The position numbers and the translations under genes were made by a program. Positions 1 through 8,091 of a stretch of 32,000 nucleotides of DNA are shown here, in pieces. Origin of the DNA: Clostridia bacterium (GTDB lineage: Bacteria > Bacillota > Clostridia > Christensenellales > Aristaeellaceae); assembly GCA_045599485.1 (NCBI GenBank), contig JAZRWA010000038.1, positions 7,436 through 39,435 of the forward strand, given 5' to 3'. Numbering within the stretch: the first letter of the stretch is position 1; every line of letters starts with the position of its first letter. A model generated the notes under the pieces. It ran no database searches, had not been told where the DNA came from, and saw nothing but the letters and a program-made list of their open reading frames with translations.

Positions 1-1217
1 TTCTTTTCTTCAATGATGGCCAGCGCCTTATCCTGCGCGCGCTGCAGCAGCTCCTGCAGGTACACCACGTGTCCTTCACGGGTGGAAAGCGTCTGTCCCT
101 CATAGCTGACCATGCCGAAGGCCACATGCTCCAGCTCGTCCTTCGCCCAGTCATAGCCCATCATTTCCAGCGTTTTGAACCACTGACGGAAATGCAGATC
201 CTGCTGATAGGCCACAATGTACAGGGCCTTGTCAAAATTGTAAGTATCCTTGCGGTACAGCGCCGCGGCGATATCGCGGGTGGCGTACAACGTGGCACCG
301 TCGCGCTTCAGGATGAGGCAGGGCGGCATCTTGTAGGCTTCCAGATTGACGATCTGGGCGCCGTCGGATTCCTCCAGCAGACCCTTTTCCTTCAGCTCGT
401 TGACCACGCGGTCCATTTTATCATTATAGAAGCTCTCACCGGCATAGCTGTCAAACTTGACGCCCAGCATGTCGTAGACCTTCATGGCGTCGCGGAGGGT
501 GACCTCCTTGAACCAGGTAAAGATCTCCATGGCTTCGGCATCGCCGTCCTCGATCTTCTTGAACCAGGCACGACCTTCGTCTTCCAATTCGGGATGCTCC
601 TTGGCTTCCTCATGGAAGCGGACGTACAGGCGGGTCATGCCGTCTACGCCCTCGCGTTCCACTTCTTCCTTGCTGCCCCAATGCTTGTAGGCGCAGATCA
701 TTTTGCCAAACTGCGTTCCCCAGTCGCCCAGATGGTTGATGGAGACCGTTTTCCAACCCAGAAAATCATAAATGCGGCACAGCGCGTTGCCGATCATGGT
801 GGTGCTCAGATGGCCGATGTGAAAGCGCTTGGCAATGTTGATGCTGGAATAATCCAGCACGACCGTGTGGCCGCTGCCCTCGCTGCCGCCGCCCCATTTT
901 TCAGGCGCAGCCATGACAGCCCCCAGCGTTTCACGGGCAAAATTGGCCCGGTTCAGATAAAAGTTGAGATAACCGTTGACCGCCTGCGCGGTGCAGAAAT
1001 CGGGATCATCAATGACGGACGCCAGCTTCTGGGCGATCATGGGAGGACCCATGCGCAGCGCTTTGGACAGTTTGAAGCAAGGGAAGGCGTAGTCGCCCAT
1101 TTTGCTGTCCGGCGGCACTTCCAGCACCGCGGCATAATCCAAACCGGTATCAACGCCGGCATACGCTTTTGCCACCGCATCACTGACCACAGCGGCGATC
1201 CTCTGTCTGATGTCCAT
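1..1217 (-). CDS. argS: arginine--tRNA ligase, N-terminal ~405 codons (3' end lies beyond the left window edge)
   Basis: Own translation of the minus strand from ATG at 1217 (GGAGGA 7 nt upstream): MDIRQRIAAVVSDAVAKAYAG...NIAKRFHIGHLSTTMIGNA...LGDWGTQFGKMI... This shows the class I HIGH signature and an ArgRS-like N-terminus. It is missing from the ORF track because it has no stop inside the window. The 69..1331 + ORF is its antisense shadow. I scanned this frame for CTA on the plus strand and found no in-frame TAG. Confidence 0.85.
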   Translation of the reverse strand, partial: MDIRQRIAAVVSDAVAKAYAGVDTGLDYAAVLEVPPDSKMGDYAFPCFKLSKALRMGPPMIAQKLASVIDDPDFCTAQAVNGYLNFYLNRANFARETLGAVMAAPEKWGGGSEGSGHTVVLDYSSINIAKRFHIGHLSTTMIGNALCRIYDFLGWKTVSINHLGDWGTQFGKMICAYKHWGSKEEVEREGVDGMTRLYVRFHEEAKEHPELEDEGRAWFKKIEDGDAEAMEIFTWFKEVTLRDAMKVYDMLGVKFDSYAGESFYNDKMDRVVNELKEKGLLEESDGAQIVNLEAYKMPPCLILKRDGATLYATRDIAAALYRKDTYNFDKALYIVAYQQDLHFRQWFKTLEMMGYDWAKDELEHVAFGMVSYEGQTLSTREGHVVYLQELLQRAQDKALAIIEEK

Positions 1218-1253
1218 ACTCGCATCCTCCACAAGCAGAAAAATACAGGGTGT

Positions 1254-1282
1254 ATTGTAGAGCAAATCTCGAAAAAAATCAA
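1254..1282 (-). promoter_or_regulatory. candidate sigma-A promoter of argS (TTGATT-17 nt-TACAAT)
   Basis: The minus strand reads TTGATTtttttcgagatttgctcTACAAT about 35 nt upstream of the argS ATG. Hexamers and spacing were read directly from the sequence. Confidence 0.35.
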
Positions 1283-1579
1283 GAGCTTCAATCATTTTCG
1301 CAAGAAAGCCCCAAAAACGCGGATTTTTTGAGCAAAAATCTCATCGTTCACCGGTAGGGTTTCATGCTCTGCAGCAGCTTGCTTTTATGCCAGTTCACAT
1401 GAATTTGCCTGTGATGCATACGAGCGACCTACCGTATTCCCCATGTGTATTGATGTGATATCATGTACGCTCGAAACCACAGCGATCCCGCTCACCTACG
1501 AACGTTCAACAGGAAAGGTGTGTCTTTTTTATGTTTTTTGCCAAAAAGCGCGGATTAGGAGTTTCACAAGGCAAAAATG

Positions 1580-1588
1580 TGATATAAT
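1580..1588 (+). promoter_or_regulatory. candidate extended -10 promoter element (TGaTATAAT) for the 1622 operon
   Basis: atgTGaTATAATag lies 33 nt upstream of the ATG at 1622. GGAGG at 1612..1616 serves as the RBS. No good -35 was found. Confidence 0.4.
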
Positions 1589-1621
1589 AGCGGAAGATTT
1601 TTTTGATTCTCGGAGGTTACC

Positions 1622-2323
1622 ATGCCGCTGATTGCTTTGACGCCCAGCTGGGATACCCAGAATGAGCATTTTTATGTTCCCAATGATTATGTGACCGCCG
1701 TGCAGGCGGCGGGCGGTGTGCCCATGGTGTGCTCCTTTGCCGATTCACAGGAAATGGCCGATGAAATGATGGCGCATGCCGATGCGCTGCTGCTGACGGG
1801 CGGCGCCGATGTGGACCCTGCCGTTTACCATGAGGAAATGCTGCCCATCTGCGGTGAGCTGGCACCCATGCGCGACAAGATGGAGCAGATGCTCATCCGT
1901 GCCGCGCTGAAATACAACCGTCCCATGCTCGGCATCTGCCGCGGACTGCAGATGGTCAATGCCGCGCTGGGCGGCACGCTGTATCAGGACATTGCGGAGC
2001 AGTACGGCAAGCAGGTGCTGCATCCCCGCAGTGACCGCCCCCGTGACGGCGTACACAACATGAGCATTGCCGCCGGCTCCATGCTGGAAGCCGCTTACGG
2101 CTGCCGTGAGGTGATGGTCAACAGCCGTCACCATCAGGCCTGCAAGGTGCCCGCGCCCGGTCTCAAGGTGGTGGCTACGGCCGAAGATGGTTTGATCGAA
2201 GGCCTGGAGAGCACCTCCGGCACGCCCATCCTTTGCGTGCAGTGGCATCCCGAATCCATGCGGGCGGCCATTCCCGTGCACATGGCCGTGTTCAACTGGA
2301 TCGTGCATGAGGCTTCCCGATGA
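1622..2323 (+). CDS. gamma-glutamyl-gamma-aminobutyrate hydrolase family protein (class I glutamine amidotransferase-like, peptidase C26)
   Basis: 233 aa ORF with the nucleophile elbow LGICRGLQ and the VQWHPE His motif typical of the PuuD/C26 family. Good RBS. Ends in TGA. Confidence 0.8.
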   Translation: MPLIALTPSWDTQNEHFYVPNDYVTAVQAAGGVPMVCSFADSQEMADEMMAHADALLLTGGADVDPAVYHEEMLPICGELAPMRDKMEQMLIRAALKYNRPMLGICRGLQMVNAALGGTLYQDIAEQYGKQVLHPRSDRPRDGVHNMSIAAGSMLEAAYGCREVMVNSRHHQACKVPAPGLKVVATAEDGLIEGLESTSGTPILCVQWHPESMRAAIPVHMAVFNWIVHEASR

Positions 2324-3018
2324 ACCGAGTGGTCCTGATTGCCGATCTGCACGGCAATCTGCCCGCGCTGGAGGCATTGGAGCAGGATCTGAACCGCCGG
2401 GGGCTGAAGGAGATCTGGTGCCTTGGCGACATCGTGGGCAAGGGTCCTTCCTCTCCATAGACCTTTGACTGGGCCATGGCACACTGCTCGGTGCTGCTGC
2501 GCGGCAACTGGGATGAAGGCATCGGCAAAAAGCTGTTCCCCGCCGATCAGTTCTATTATGATCAGCTGGGACCGGAACGCATGAAAAAGCTGCTCGAGCT
2601 GCCGCAGGAGCATCACACCGTGACCGGCAACAAGCGGGTACGCCTACTGCACGGCCGCCCCATCATGCCGTCCCTCCTTTCCGCCCATGACCCTGCTGAC
2701 AAGCTGATGTGGCTGTTCAAGCCGCAATATGACATTGTGGGCTATGCGGACATCCATCACCCCGAGCTGCGTCCCTTCCGTGACGGCAAGATCATTTTCA
2801 GCATCGGCAGCGTCGGCAACGCTTTAAGCTCGCTGCCCTGCGTGCAGTACAGCATCCTCAGTTGGGAGGAAAACGGCCTGGCAGACATCGCCTTCTGCTT
2901 CGTTCCCTATGACAACGCCCGAGCAGTGCGGGAAGCCGAAGCCGTTGAACTGCCCCGCAGGGACGCCTGGATTCAGGAAGTGACCACCGGCGTTTACGGC
3001 CGTGCCAAATCCACCTGA
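2320..3018 (+). CDS. metallophosphoesterase family protein (YfcE/MJ0936-like) with one in-frame TAG at codon 47
   Basis: The ATG at 2320 overlaps the upstream TGA (ATGA). The frame reads MNRVVLIADLHGNLPALEALEQDLNRRGLKEIWCLGDIVGKGPSSP-TAG-TFDWAMAHCSVLLRGNWDEG... and continues as track ORF 2476..3018 in the same frame. The DxHG and GD motifs lie before the TAG and the GNxD-type motif lies after it. Ends in TGA. Confidence 0.75.
2458..2460 (+). other. in-frame TAG codon (candidate sense/readthrough codon) in the metallophosphoesterase
   Basis: Context is cca TAG acc. Same frame as ATG 2320 and ORF 2476..3018 (all positions are 1 mod 3). Confidence 0.8.
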
Positions 3019-3037
3019 AGGCCCTTCCGACCGCATA

Positions 3038-3079
3038 AAAACCGCCTTTCGCTCTTCGGAACGAAAGGCGGTTTTTTTA
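3038..3079. terminator. bidirectional intrinsic terminator between convergent genes
   Basis: aaaaACCGCCTTTCGctcttcggaaCGAAAGGCGGTttttttt: an 11-bp GC-rich stem flanked by an A-run and a T-run. Confidence 0.8.
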
Positions 3080-3083
3080 TGAA

Positions 3084-4058
3084 TTATTCCGGATCGGCTG
3101 TGTTCTTCTTTTTGCCGTTCTTTTTGGCGCGGCGCGTTTTGAACAGCCGCACCGTGCCGTAACCGACACCGCCGATGATAACGGCCCACGGCAGCGCCGC
3201 CACCGCGAAGATCACAAAGGCTTCCAGCATTTCGCCTACGGCTCCAAAGGAAGCGGCGATCGCCTCGCCGATGCGGTCGAACAGGGTGGGCGTCTTTTCC
3301 CCCTCGCCGCTGTTGTCGGACAGTTCGCGCAGCGTGATGTAAACATAGCTGTTCTGCACTTTGCTGTCGTAGCCGTTCAGCCGTCCCTGATAGGAATCGA
3401 TCAGGTACTGCGTTTCGCTGACGGCTCCTTCCAGCTCGATCAGGTCGGCGATGTCTTCCGCCTGTGCCATCAGGGCGGTCAGCCGCTCCAGCTTGGCACG
3501 CTGGGTATTGAGACGGGTCTGGATATCCTGATAGCTTTCGCTCACATCGTCACTGCTCTCGCTGTAGGAGGAGACCGTACCGATCTTGCCCGCGCCGCTC
3601 AGAAAAGCATCCAGATTCTGAGAAGGCACACGCAGTGTCAGGCTGGTGCGGCGCATTGATTCCTTACCGTCGCCGGAAACGCTGACCGATTCAAAATAGC
3701 CGCCGTTTTCCGTCATCAGCGCCTTGAGCGCCTCATAATCCGCATCATACTGCTGCGTCTTGATGGTCATGTTGCCCGTTCGGATGATCTTGGCGGTCGT
3801 CACATTGCTTTGAACGTCTTCTGCCGTTGAAGCGGTTTCCGCAGCCTCAAAGAGCATCGCAGGAGCGCTGTAACCGGAAGCCAGTCCCGAAGAAAAGACC
3901 ATATCATTGGTCTCATAGGTGCCTTTGGAAGCAGAGGGCGTGCTGCCGCCCGATCTGCTCTTTCCGTTTTCGTAGATCGCCGCGGTGCCAAACACCGCGA
4001 TCGCCGCCGCGGAAAGGATACAAAGTCCTTTGATCAGTCTCTTTTTGTTCAGAATCAT
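3084..4058 (-). CDS. DUF4349 domain-containing membrane-anchored protein
   Basis: Track ORF 3084..4094. The preferred start is MILNKK at 4058, with GGAGGA 7 nt upstream. It has an N-terminal TM/signal segment, a coiled-coil-like middle (QDIQTRLNTQRAKLERLTALM) and a C-terminal TM segment, which matches DUF4349 architecture. Ends in TAA. Confidence 0.65.
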   Translation of the reverse strand: MILNKKRLIKGLCILSAAAIAVFGTAAIYENGKSRSGGSTPSASKGTYETNDMVFSSGLASGYSAPAMLFEAAETASTAEDVQSNVTTAKIIRTGNMTIKTQQYDADYEALKALMTENGGYFESVSVSGDGKESMRRTSLTLRVPSQNLDAFLSGAGKIGTVSSYSESSDDVSESYQDIQTRLNTQRAKLERLTALMAQAEDIADLIELEGAVSETQYLIDSYQGRLNGYDSKVQNSYVYITLRELSDNSGEGEKTPTLFDRIGEAIAASFGAVGEMLEAFVIFAVAALPWAVIIGGVGYGTVRLFKTRRAKKNGKKKNTADPE

Positions 4059-4130
4059 GTCGGTTTCCTCCATACTGTCCTTTTGACCATACAACGAACC
4101 GGAGACACCGTTTATTGCAGCCTTTGCAAA

Positions 4131-4167
4131 GAAAAATACGATGCAGCGGAAGTTTTTTCCGACTGCA
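4131..4167 (-). terminator. weak terminator-like hairpin downstream of rarA
   Basis: Minus strand GCAGtCGGAAaaaacTTCCGCTGC (9 bp with one bulge), with a T-run a few nt downstream. Confidence 0.35.
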
Positions 4168-4187
4168 CCGTATAAAAAGCAATGGAT

Positions 4188-5483
4188 TCAGCGGCTTTTG
4201 TGCGTTCTGATGCGGGCTTCGCTGCCTTGGTCGCTCGGTTCATAGTACACATGATCGCGGACCTCGTCGGGCAGATACTGCTGCTCCACCCAGTGCCCGG
4301 GAAAATCATGCGGATACAGATAGCCTTTGCCGCTCTACAGGCGTTCCGCCCCCGCGTAATGGGTATCCCGCAGCGGCACAGGCACATCGCCCGAGGCTTT
4401 TTCGGCATCCGCCATGGCGGCATCAATGGCACAGACAACGCTGTTGCTTTTGGGGCTTTCGCAGACAGCAATGATCGCCTGGGCGATGGAGAGCCGTGCT
4501 TCGGGCATGCCGACCAATTCCAAGGCTTCACCGGCCGCCACGGCCTGCAGCATGGCTGCCGGGTTAGCGAGCCCCACATCCTCGCTGGCGTGGGCGATCA
4601 CGCGCCGCACGATCATCCGCGGATCGACCCCCGCATAGATGAGCCTTGCAAACCAGAACAGGGCGGCATCGCTGTCCGAGCCGCGAAGGCTTTTGCAGAA
4701 AGCCGACAACATATCATAATACAGGCTGTCATCACAGCGGATGACGGGCTTCTGGATGCTTTCCTACGCCGTTTCAAGGGTGATGCGGATGCCATTGCGC
4801 CCCGTGGGCGTGGTCAGTGCCGCCAGCTCCAGGGCATTGAGCGCCATGCGGACATCGCCGTTGGACACGTTGACAAAATGCTGCAGGGCATCCTCGTCCA
4901 GCTGCACATTCATTTCACCAAGTCCGCGATCCTTGTCCTTCAGGGCGGAGAGCAGAATGGCACGCATATTATCCTGCGTCAGGGGACGGAAGGCAAACAG
5001 CCTGCAGCGGCTGACGATAGCGGGCGTCATAGCCACCATGGGGTTTTCGGTGGTGGAGCCGATAAAGCGGATGATGCCCTCCTCGATGGCGGGCAGCACG
5101 CTGTCGGACTGCGCCTTGCTCCAGCGATGACACTCATCCAACAGAAGATAGGTCGCCTGACCGTACATGGCACGGCGTTCCCTGGCTTCCTACAGCACCT
5201 TGCGCACATCCGCCACGCCGGAGGTGACGGCGTTGAGCCGCACGAAGGCCGAACGCGTCTGCGCGGCGATGACATGCGCCAGCGTGGTCTTGCCGCAGCC
5301 GGGAGGCCCCCAGAAAATGCTGCTGGTCAGCCGGTCCGCCTCCACAGCGCGGCGAAGCAGCTTGCCGGGAGCCAGCAGATGCTCCTGGCCGAAAAACTCA
5401 TCGAGGCTGCGAGCCCGCATGCGCTCTGCCAACGGGGTGTTCTTTTTGATGTTATCCTGTTCCAGTGCATCCAGTAAGCTCAT
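4188..5483 (-). CDS. rarA: replication-associated recombination protein A (AAA+ ATPase, MgsA/RarA/WRNIP1 family) with three in-frame TAG codons
   Basis: Track ORFs 5190..5483, 4764..5168 and 4335..4712, plus an unlisted tail, are all in one frame of 432 codons. The pieces are: ...GPPGCGKTTLAHVIA...VRKVL-TAG-EARERRAMYGQATYLLLDECHRWSKAQSD...ITLETA-TAG-ESIQKPVIRCDDSLYYDMLSAFCKSLRGSD...HYAGAERL-TAG-SGKGYLYPHDFPGHWVEQQYLPDEV...THKSR-TGA. Walker A, Walker B (LLLDECHRW), sensor and C-terminal MgsA motifs are all present in order. Confidence 0.85.
4335..4337 (-). other. in-frame TAG codon 3 in rarA
   Basis: Minus strand ctg TAG agc. Same frame. It is followed by 48 more codons (SGKGYLYPHDFPGHW...) that match the conserved RarA C-terminus, then TGA at 4188..4190. 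Confidence 0.85.
4764..4766 (-). other. in-frame TAG codon 2 in rarA
   Basis: Minus strand gcg TAG gaa. Same frame as start 5483. Confidence 0.85.
5190..5192 (-). other. in-frame TAG codon 1 in rarA
   Basis: Minus strand ctg TAG gaa. Its offset from start 5483 is a multiple of 3. Confidence 0.85.
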
Positions 5484-6247
5484 GATTCATCCTCTACGGT
5501 CAGGTGCGCCACGCAGCCGTTTTTGCCCCATGTCCACAGGTGACTGCGGCTTCCGACGGCGCATTCCATGTGCAGCATGGCAATGCCGTCATCCACCATG
5601 TGCCGCTTGGAATCATTGAGACGCAGGGTATGGTGACCGTAATTCATGTGCCAGGGCTGGGAGTTGACCGCAGAAGGGGCCACGCGCACCGCCTCCGCCG
5701 CCTGATATGCCCAGTTGGGCCACTGTTCGGGCGGTGTGCCGCACATGCGCTGCAGTGGATGACGCTTGCGGATGGGCGCGTCGGGATTTTCGGGCACCCC
5801 CACGGGAATGACGGCGACGATCTTTTCCCCCGCTTCGCACAGCGGCCTGACCTTGGCCTTTTTATAGGTACCGGCCACCCAGCAGGTCGCAAGACCCATG
5901 GCAGCGGCTTCCAGCACAAACGCTTCACCGCTCATGCCGGCGTACAGCAGTCCGAACGGATCGTTCTTTTTTCGCAGGACGACCGCGCATTTGCCGGTGC
6001 CCTCAATGCGTCCCACAAACGGCAGACCCGAGAAAAAGCCCTTGGGGCAATCCATCAGCACGATGCGGGTGCCGGGCATGGAGACCGCCGCCGCTGTTTT
6101 TTTAAGTGCCTCCAGCTGTTCCTCATCGGGGGAAGAAGCATAGGCGCGGCAGCTGCAGCGGTGTTTTAAGGACTGCATCCAGCGTTCCCGCTGTTCCTGC
6201 GTGAAAAAACCGTTCAGCAGGCAGCCATCATCAATCTTTGATCTCAT
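5480..6247 (-). CDS. nitroreductase family protein
   Basis: 255 aa ORF containing the SAVNSQPW motif and a C-terminal fold typical of nitroreductases. Its stop overlaps the rarA start (ATGA). The start is uncertain: M1 at 6247 overlaps the upstream gene by 17 nt, and an internal Met (MQSLKH) is possible. Confidence 0.65.
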   Translation of the reverse strand: MRSKIDDGCLLNGFFTQEQRERWMQSLKHRCSCRAYASSPDEEQLEALKKTAAAVSMPGTRIVLMDCPKGFFSGLPFVGRIEGTGKCAVVLRKKNDPFGLLYAGMSGEAFVLEAAAMGLATCWVAGTYKKAKVRPLCEAGEKIVAVIPVGVPENPDAPIRKRHPLQRMCGTPPEQWPNWAYQAAEAVRVAPSAVNSQPWHMNYGHHTLRLNDSKRHMVDDGIAMLHMECAVGSRSHLWTWGKNGCVAHLTVEDES

Positions 6248-6974
6248 AACCGTTCTCTTCCAATACTTCCAGAGCTGTCCTGCGGGTCAGCTGCAGCTCT
6301 TCTTCTGTCACTTCTTCATCAAAATCGCGGTAGGCATCGCTCCTGAGTTTTTTACCTGTCAGGGTCATGTACCACAGACAGCCCAGCATGTAGCGGGTGC
6401 GGCCCTTATTGGCGTGGAAACCATCGCGATAGACATCGGCGCCGATGTGCGTATACAGGCGTGCCATGGCCTTGCCGGAGGGAATGATCAGATCAAAATG
6501 CTCCTCGGCCGCCGCCTGTTCATAGCAGCGGATGACCGCGGGCAACATCTCCTCAGGTGTTTCGAAAGGCGTCAGACCAAAGCGGGTACAACCGTGGGCA
6601 AAGGTCCACGTCATGTTCAGCACCAGACGGGCCGGCGGGCAGAGGCGCCTTACATACGCGCACAGCTCATGCAGGTAGGGCTGATAAGTCTCATATTCAC
6701 CCGATTTGGGGCTGCACTGTTGCAGCACCACGGCATCCCATTCGTCCAGCAGCAGCGCCTGCTTCAGCGACACCTTGAGCATGGTGCCGATGCCGTTGAT
6801 CTCATAATCATAGACTGCGGCTTCGGACAGCATATTGCGGTAATGGCGGTACAGGCTGCAGCCGCCGATGTACAGATTGACGATGGTGACCTCGTTTTTT
6901 TCGGCACGGCTGATGCCGTTCAGATACCGTGCGCTGTCTGTGCCGAAGCTGTTGCCGATGATCAATACCTTCAT
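6231..6974 (-). CDS. DUF4886 domain-containing protein (SGNH-hydrolase-like)
   Basis: 247 aa with N-terminus MKVLIIGNSFGTDSARYL, typical of DUF4886. Ends in TGA. Confidence 0.6.
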   Translation of the reverse strand: MKVLIIGNSFGTDSARYLNGISRAEKNEVTIVNLYIGGCSLYRHYRNMLSEAAVYDYEINGIGTMLKVSLKQALLLDEWDAVVLQQCSPKSGEYETYQPYLHELCAYVRRLCPPARLVLNMTWTFAHGCTRFGLTPFETPEEMLPAVIRCYEQAAAEEHFDLIIPSGKAMARLYTHIGADVYRDGFHANKGRTRYMLGCLWYMTLTGKKLRSDAYRDFDEEVTEEELQLTRRTALEVLEENGYEIKD

Positions 6975-6995
6975 TAATAATACGCTTCCTTTCCG

Positions 6996-7988
6996 TTATC
7001 GTGTGGTATGCTGAATGCTGTATTGCAGCGTGGCTTCGCTTTCATTGTCTCTGATCCGGCGGGCCGTCACCAGCAGCCGGGTATTGTCATCCCCCGTGCA
7101 GGTGACCAGCACCAGCAATTGATCCCCGACGGCAACATCCACCGCGTGCGGATGCTCGGACAAGCTGTAGAGCCGGCATATGGCGTCTTCCCTGCGTGCG
7201 GCATCGGGGCTGTTCAGATCGTAAATGTTGAGATATTTAAGGCTGCCGTTCAGCAGGCTGATGTCGGAGATGGCAAAGATGACATACCGGCCGTCCTCAT
7301 AGAGGGTGTTGCAGGTGACGAAGGGATTCTGCCGGTAGAAGTTCAGCTGGCGATAGCGGTGCAGCCAGCCGAACATGGCCTCGGTCTTCATATTGTGGCC
7401 GAAAACGATCAGCGCGTTGGGTCGCTTTTCCAGCAGGCAGGATTCATCCAGAAAAAGCGCGCCGTTATCGTTGCGGTGACCGAGATAATCGTGGGTCAGA
7501 TAATAACTGTTGTTGCGCTGCACCACAGCCTGATCCAGATGCCCTTCCACGCTCAGCCAGGCCACGATATCCTTGTTGGTCTTCTGAAGCTTTTTGAAGG
7601 TGTCGGAAACCTTCAGCGTGGGATTGTGGAGGTACGCCGGGACGGTGGTGGGCATGGGCGGCACGGCGGTCGCCTGCGGCCGGGGGGATGCCTGTGTCGG
7701 CTCGGCGGTCGCCTGCGGCGAGGGAACGGCAGGCTGCGGCTCTTCGGTGCGGTAATAGAGGGCCTTCAGCTCTTCCGCCTGACGGAGGCTTTGCGCCTGC
7801 CAGACAAAATAGCGGATCAGCAGAAACGCGCTGACAGCCGCAACGACCGCGAGTAAAAGCATGATGATACGCCGCAGCAGCTCCTTCGGCCGCTTCGGAG
7901 AAGGCGACGGAGCCTCCGGCACCTCGGACACCCTGTACCCACTCACGGTATAGCGGCCCGACCCGTATCGCTTTTTTCTTCCGCCCAT
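6996..7988 (-). CDS. srtB: class B sortase
   Basis: 330 aa with an N-terminal TM anchor and a Pro/Ala/Thr-rich linker. The catalytic domain has His (VFGHNMK), the LVLVTCTGDD Cys motif and a downstream Arg (VTARRI). Ends in TAA. Confidence 0.8.
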   Translation of the reverse strand: MGGRKKRYGSGRYTVSGYRVSEVPEAPSPSPKRPKELLRRIIMLLLAVVAAVSAFLLIRYFVWQAQSLRQAEELKALYYRTEEPQPAVPSPQATAEPTQASPRPQATAVPPMPTTVPAYLHNPTLKVSDTFKKLQKTNKDIVAWLSVEGHLDQAVVQRNNSYYLTHDYLGHRNDNGALFLDESCLLEKRPNALIVFGHNMKTEAMFGWLHRYRQLNFYRQNPFVTCNTLYEDGRYVIFAISDISLLNGSLKYLNIYDLNSPDAARREDAICRLYSLSEHPHAVDVAVGDQLLVLVTCTGDDNTRLLVTARRIRDNESEATLQYSIQHTTR

Positions 7989-8026
7989 CCTTTTTCCTGT
8001 GCCTTTCTGTCAGACATTCATACTAT

Positions 8027-8054
8027 AGTATACCACGCTTTCATTTCTGTGCAA
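8027..8054 (-). promoter_or_regulatory. candidate promoter of the srtB operon (TTGCAC-16 nt-TGgTATACT)
   Basis: The minus strand reads TTGCACagaaatgaaagcgTGgTATACT. It overlaps a perfect 12-bp palindrome, ATACTATAGTAT (8020..8031). Confidence 0.4.
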
Positions 8055-8091
8055 ACACTTTTTGGTTTCCGTTCAAATACAGCAAAAATAC

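Noticed and set aside
69-1331. 420-aa + strand ORF covering the argS region, and similar long ORFs at 4182..5477 (+), 8164..9171 (-), 9471..10400 (-), 10449..11753 (-), 11882..12880 (-), 14115..15776 (+), 15413..16765 (+), 16952..18604 (-), 19951..21561 (-), 21734..22732 (-), 22693..23679 (-), 23762..24448 (-), 24603..25649 (+), 29799..30788 (+)
   Set aside because: Each lies exactly antisense to a gene with clear family motifs. Each has the H/G/A/D/Q/R-rich low-complexity composition of shadow frames in GC-rich DNA. None has an RBS or any recognisable motif.
1218-1560. Possible T-box leader upstream of argS
   Set aside because: No T-box consensus (..GGGUGGUACCGCG..), no specifier-loop arrangement and no terminator/antiterminator pair was found. 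A plausible promoter sits only about 35 nt from the ATG.
1443-1631. 62-aa + ORF upstream of the hydrolase gene
   Set aside because: It runs through the promoter, RBS and start codon of the 1622 gene in another frame, and has no RBS of its own.
2458-2460. Pyrrolysine or a SECIS/PYLIS-type programmed recoding as the explanation for the TAGs
   Set aside because: The affected genes are unrelated housekeeping or enzyme genes, not methylamine methyltransferases. I saw no shared downstream stem-loop. No pyl genes are in the window, though their absence elsewhere in the genome cannot be judged from here.
4188-5483. Reading rarA (and the other TAG-interrupted genes) as ordinary pseudogenes
   Set aside because: All six interruptions are TAG. 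None is TGA or TAA and there are no frameshifts. Conserved motifs persist downstream of every TAG. No gene in the window uses TAG as its terminator. Decay cannot be fully excluded without genome-wide data, so it is kept as the null hypothesis in the findings.
7664-7720. Direct repeat CGGCGGTCGCCTGCGGC occurring twice about 39 nt apart
   Set aside because: It lies inside the sortase coding sequence and encodes the repetitive Pro/Gln/Ala/Thr linker (PQATAEP / PQATAVP). It is low-complexity coding repetition, not a CRISPR or regulatory repeat.
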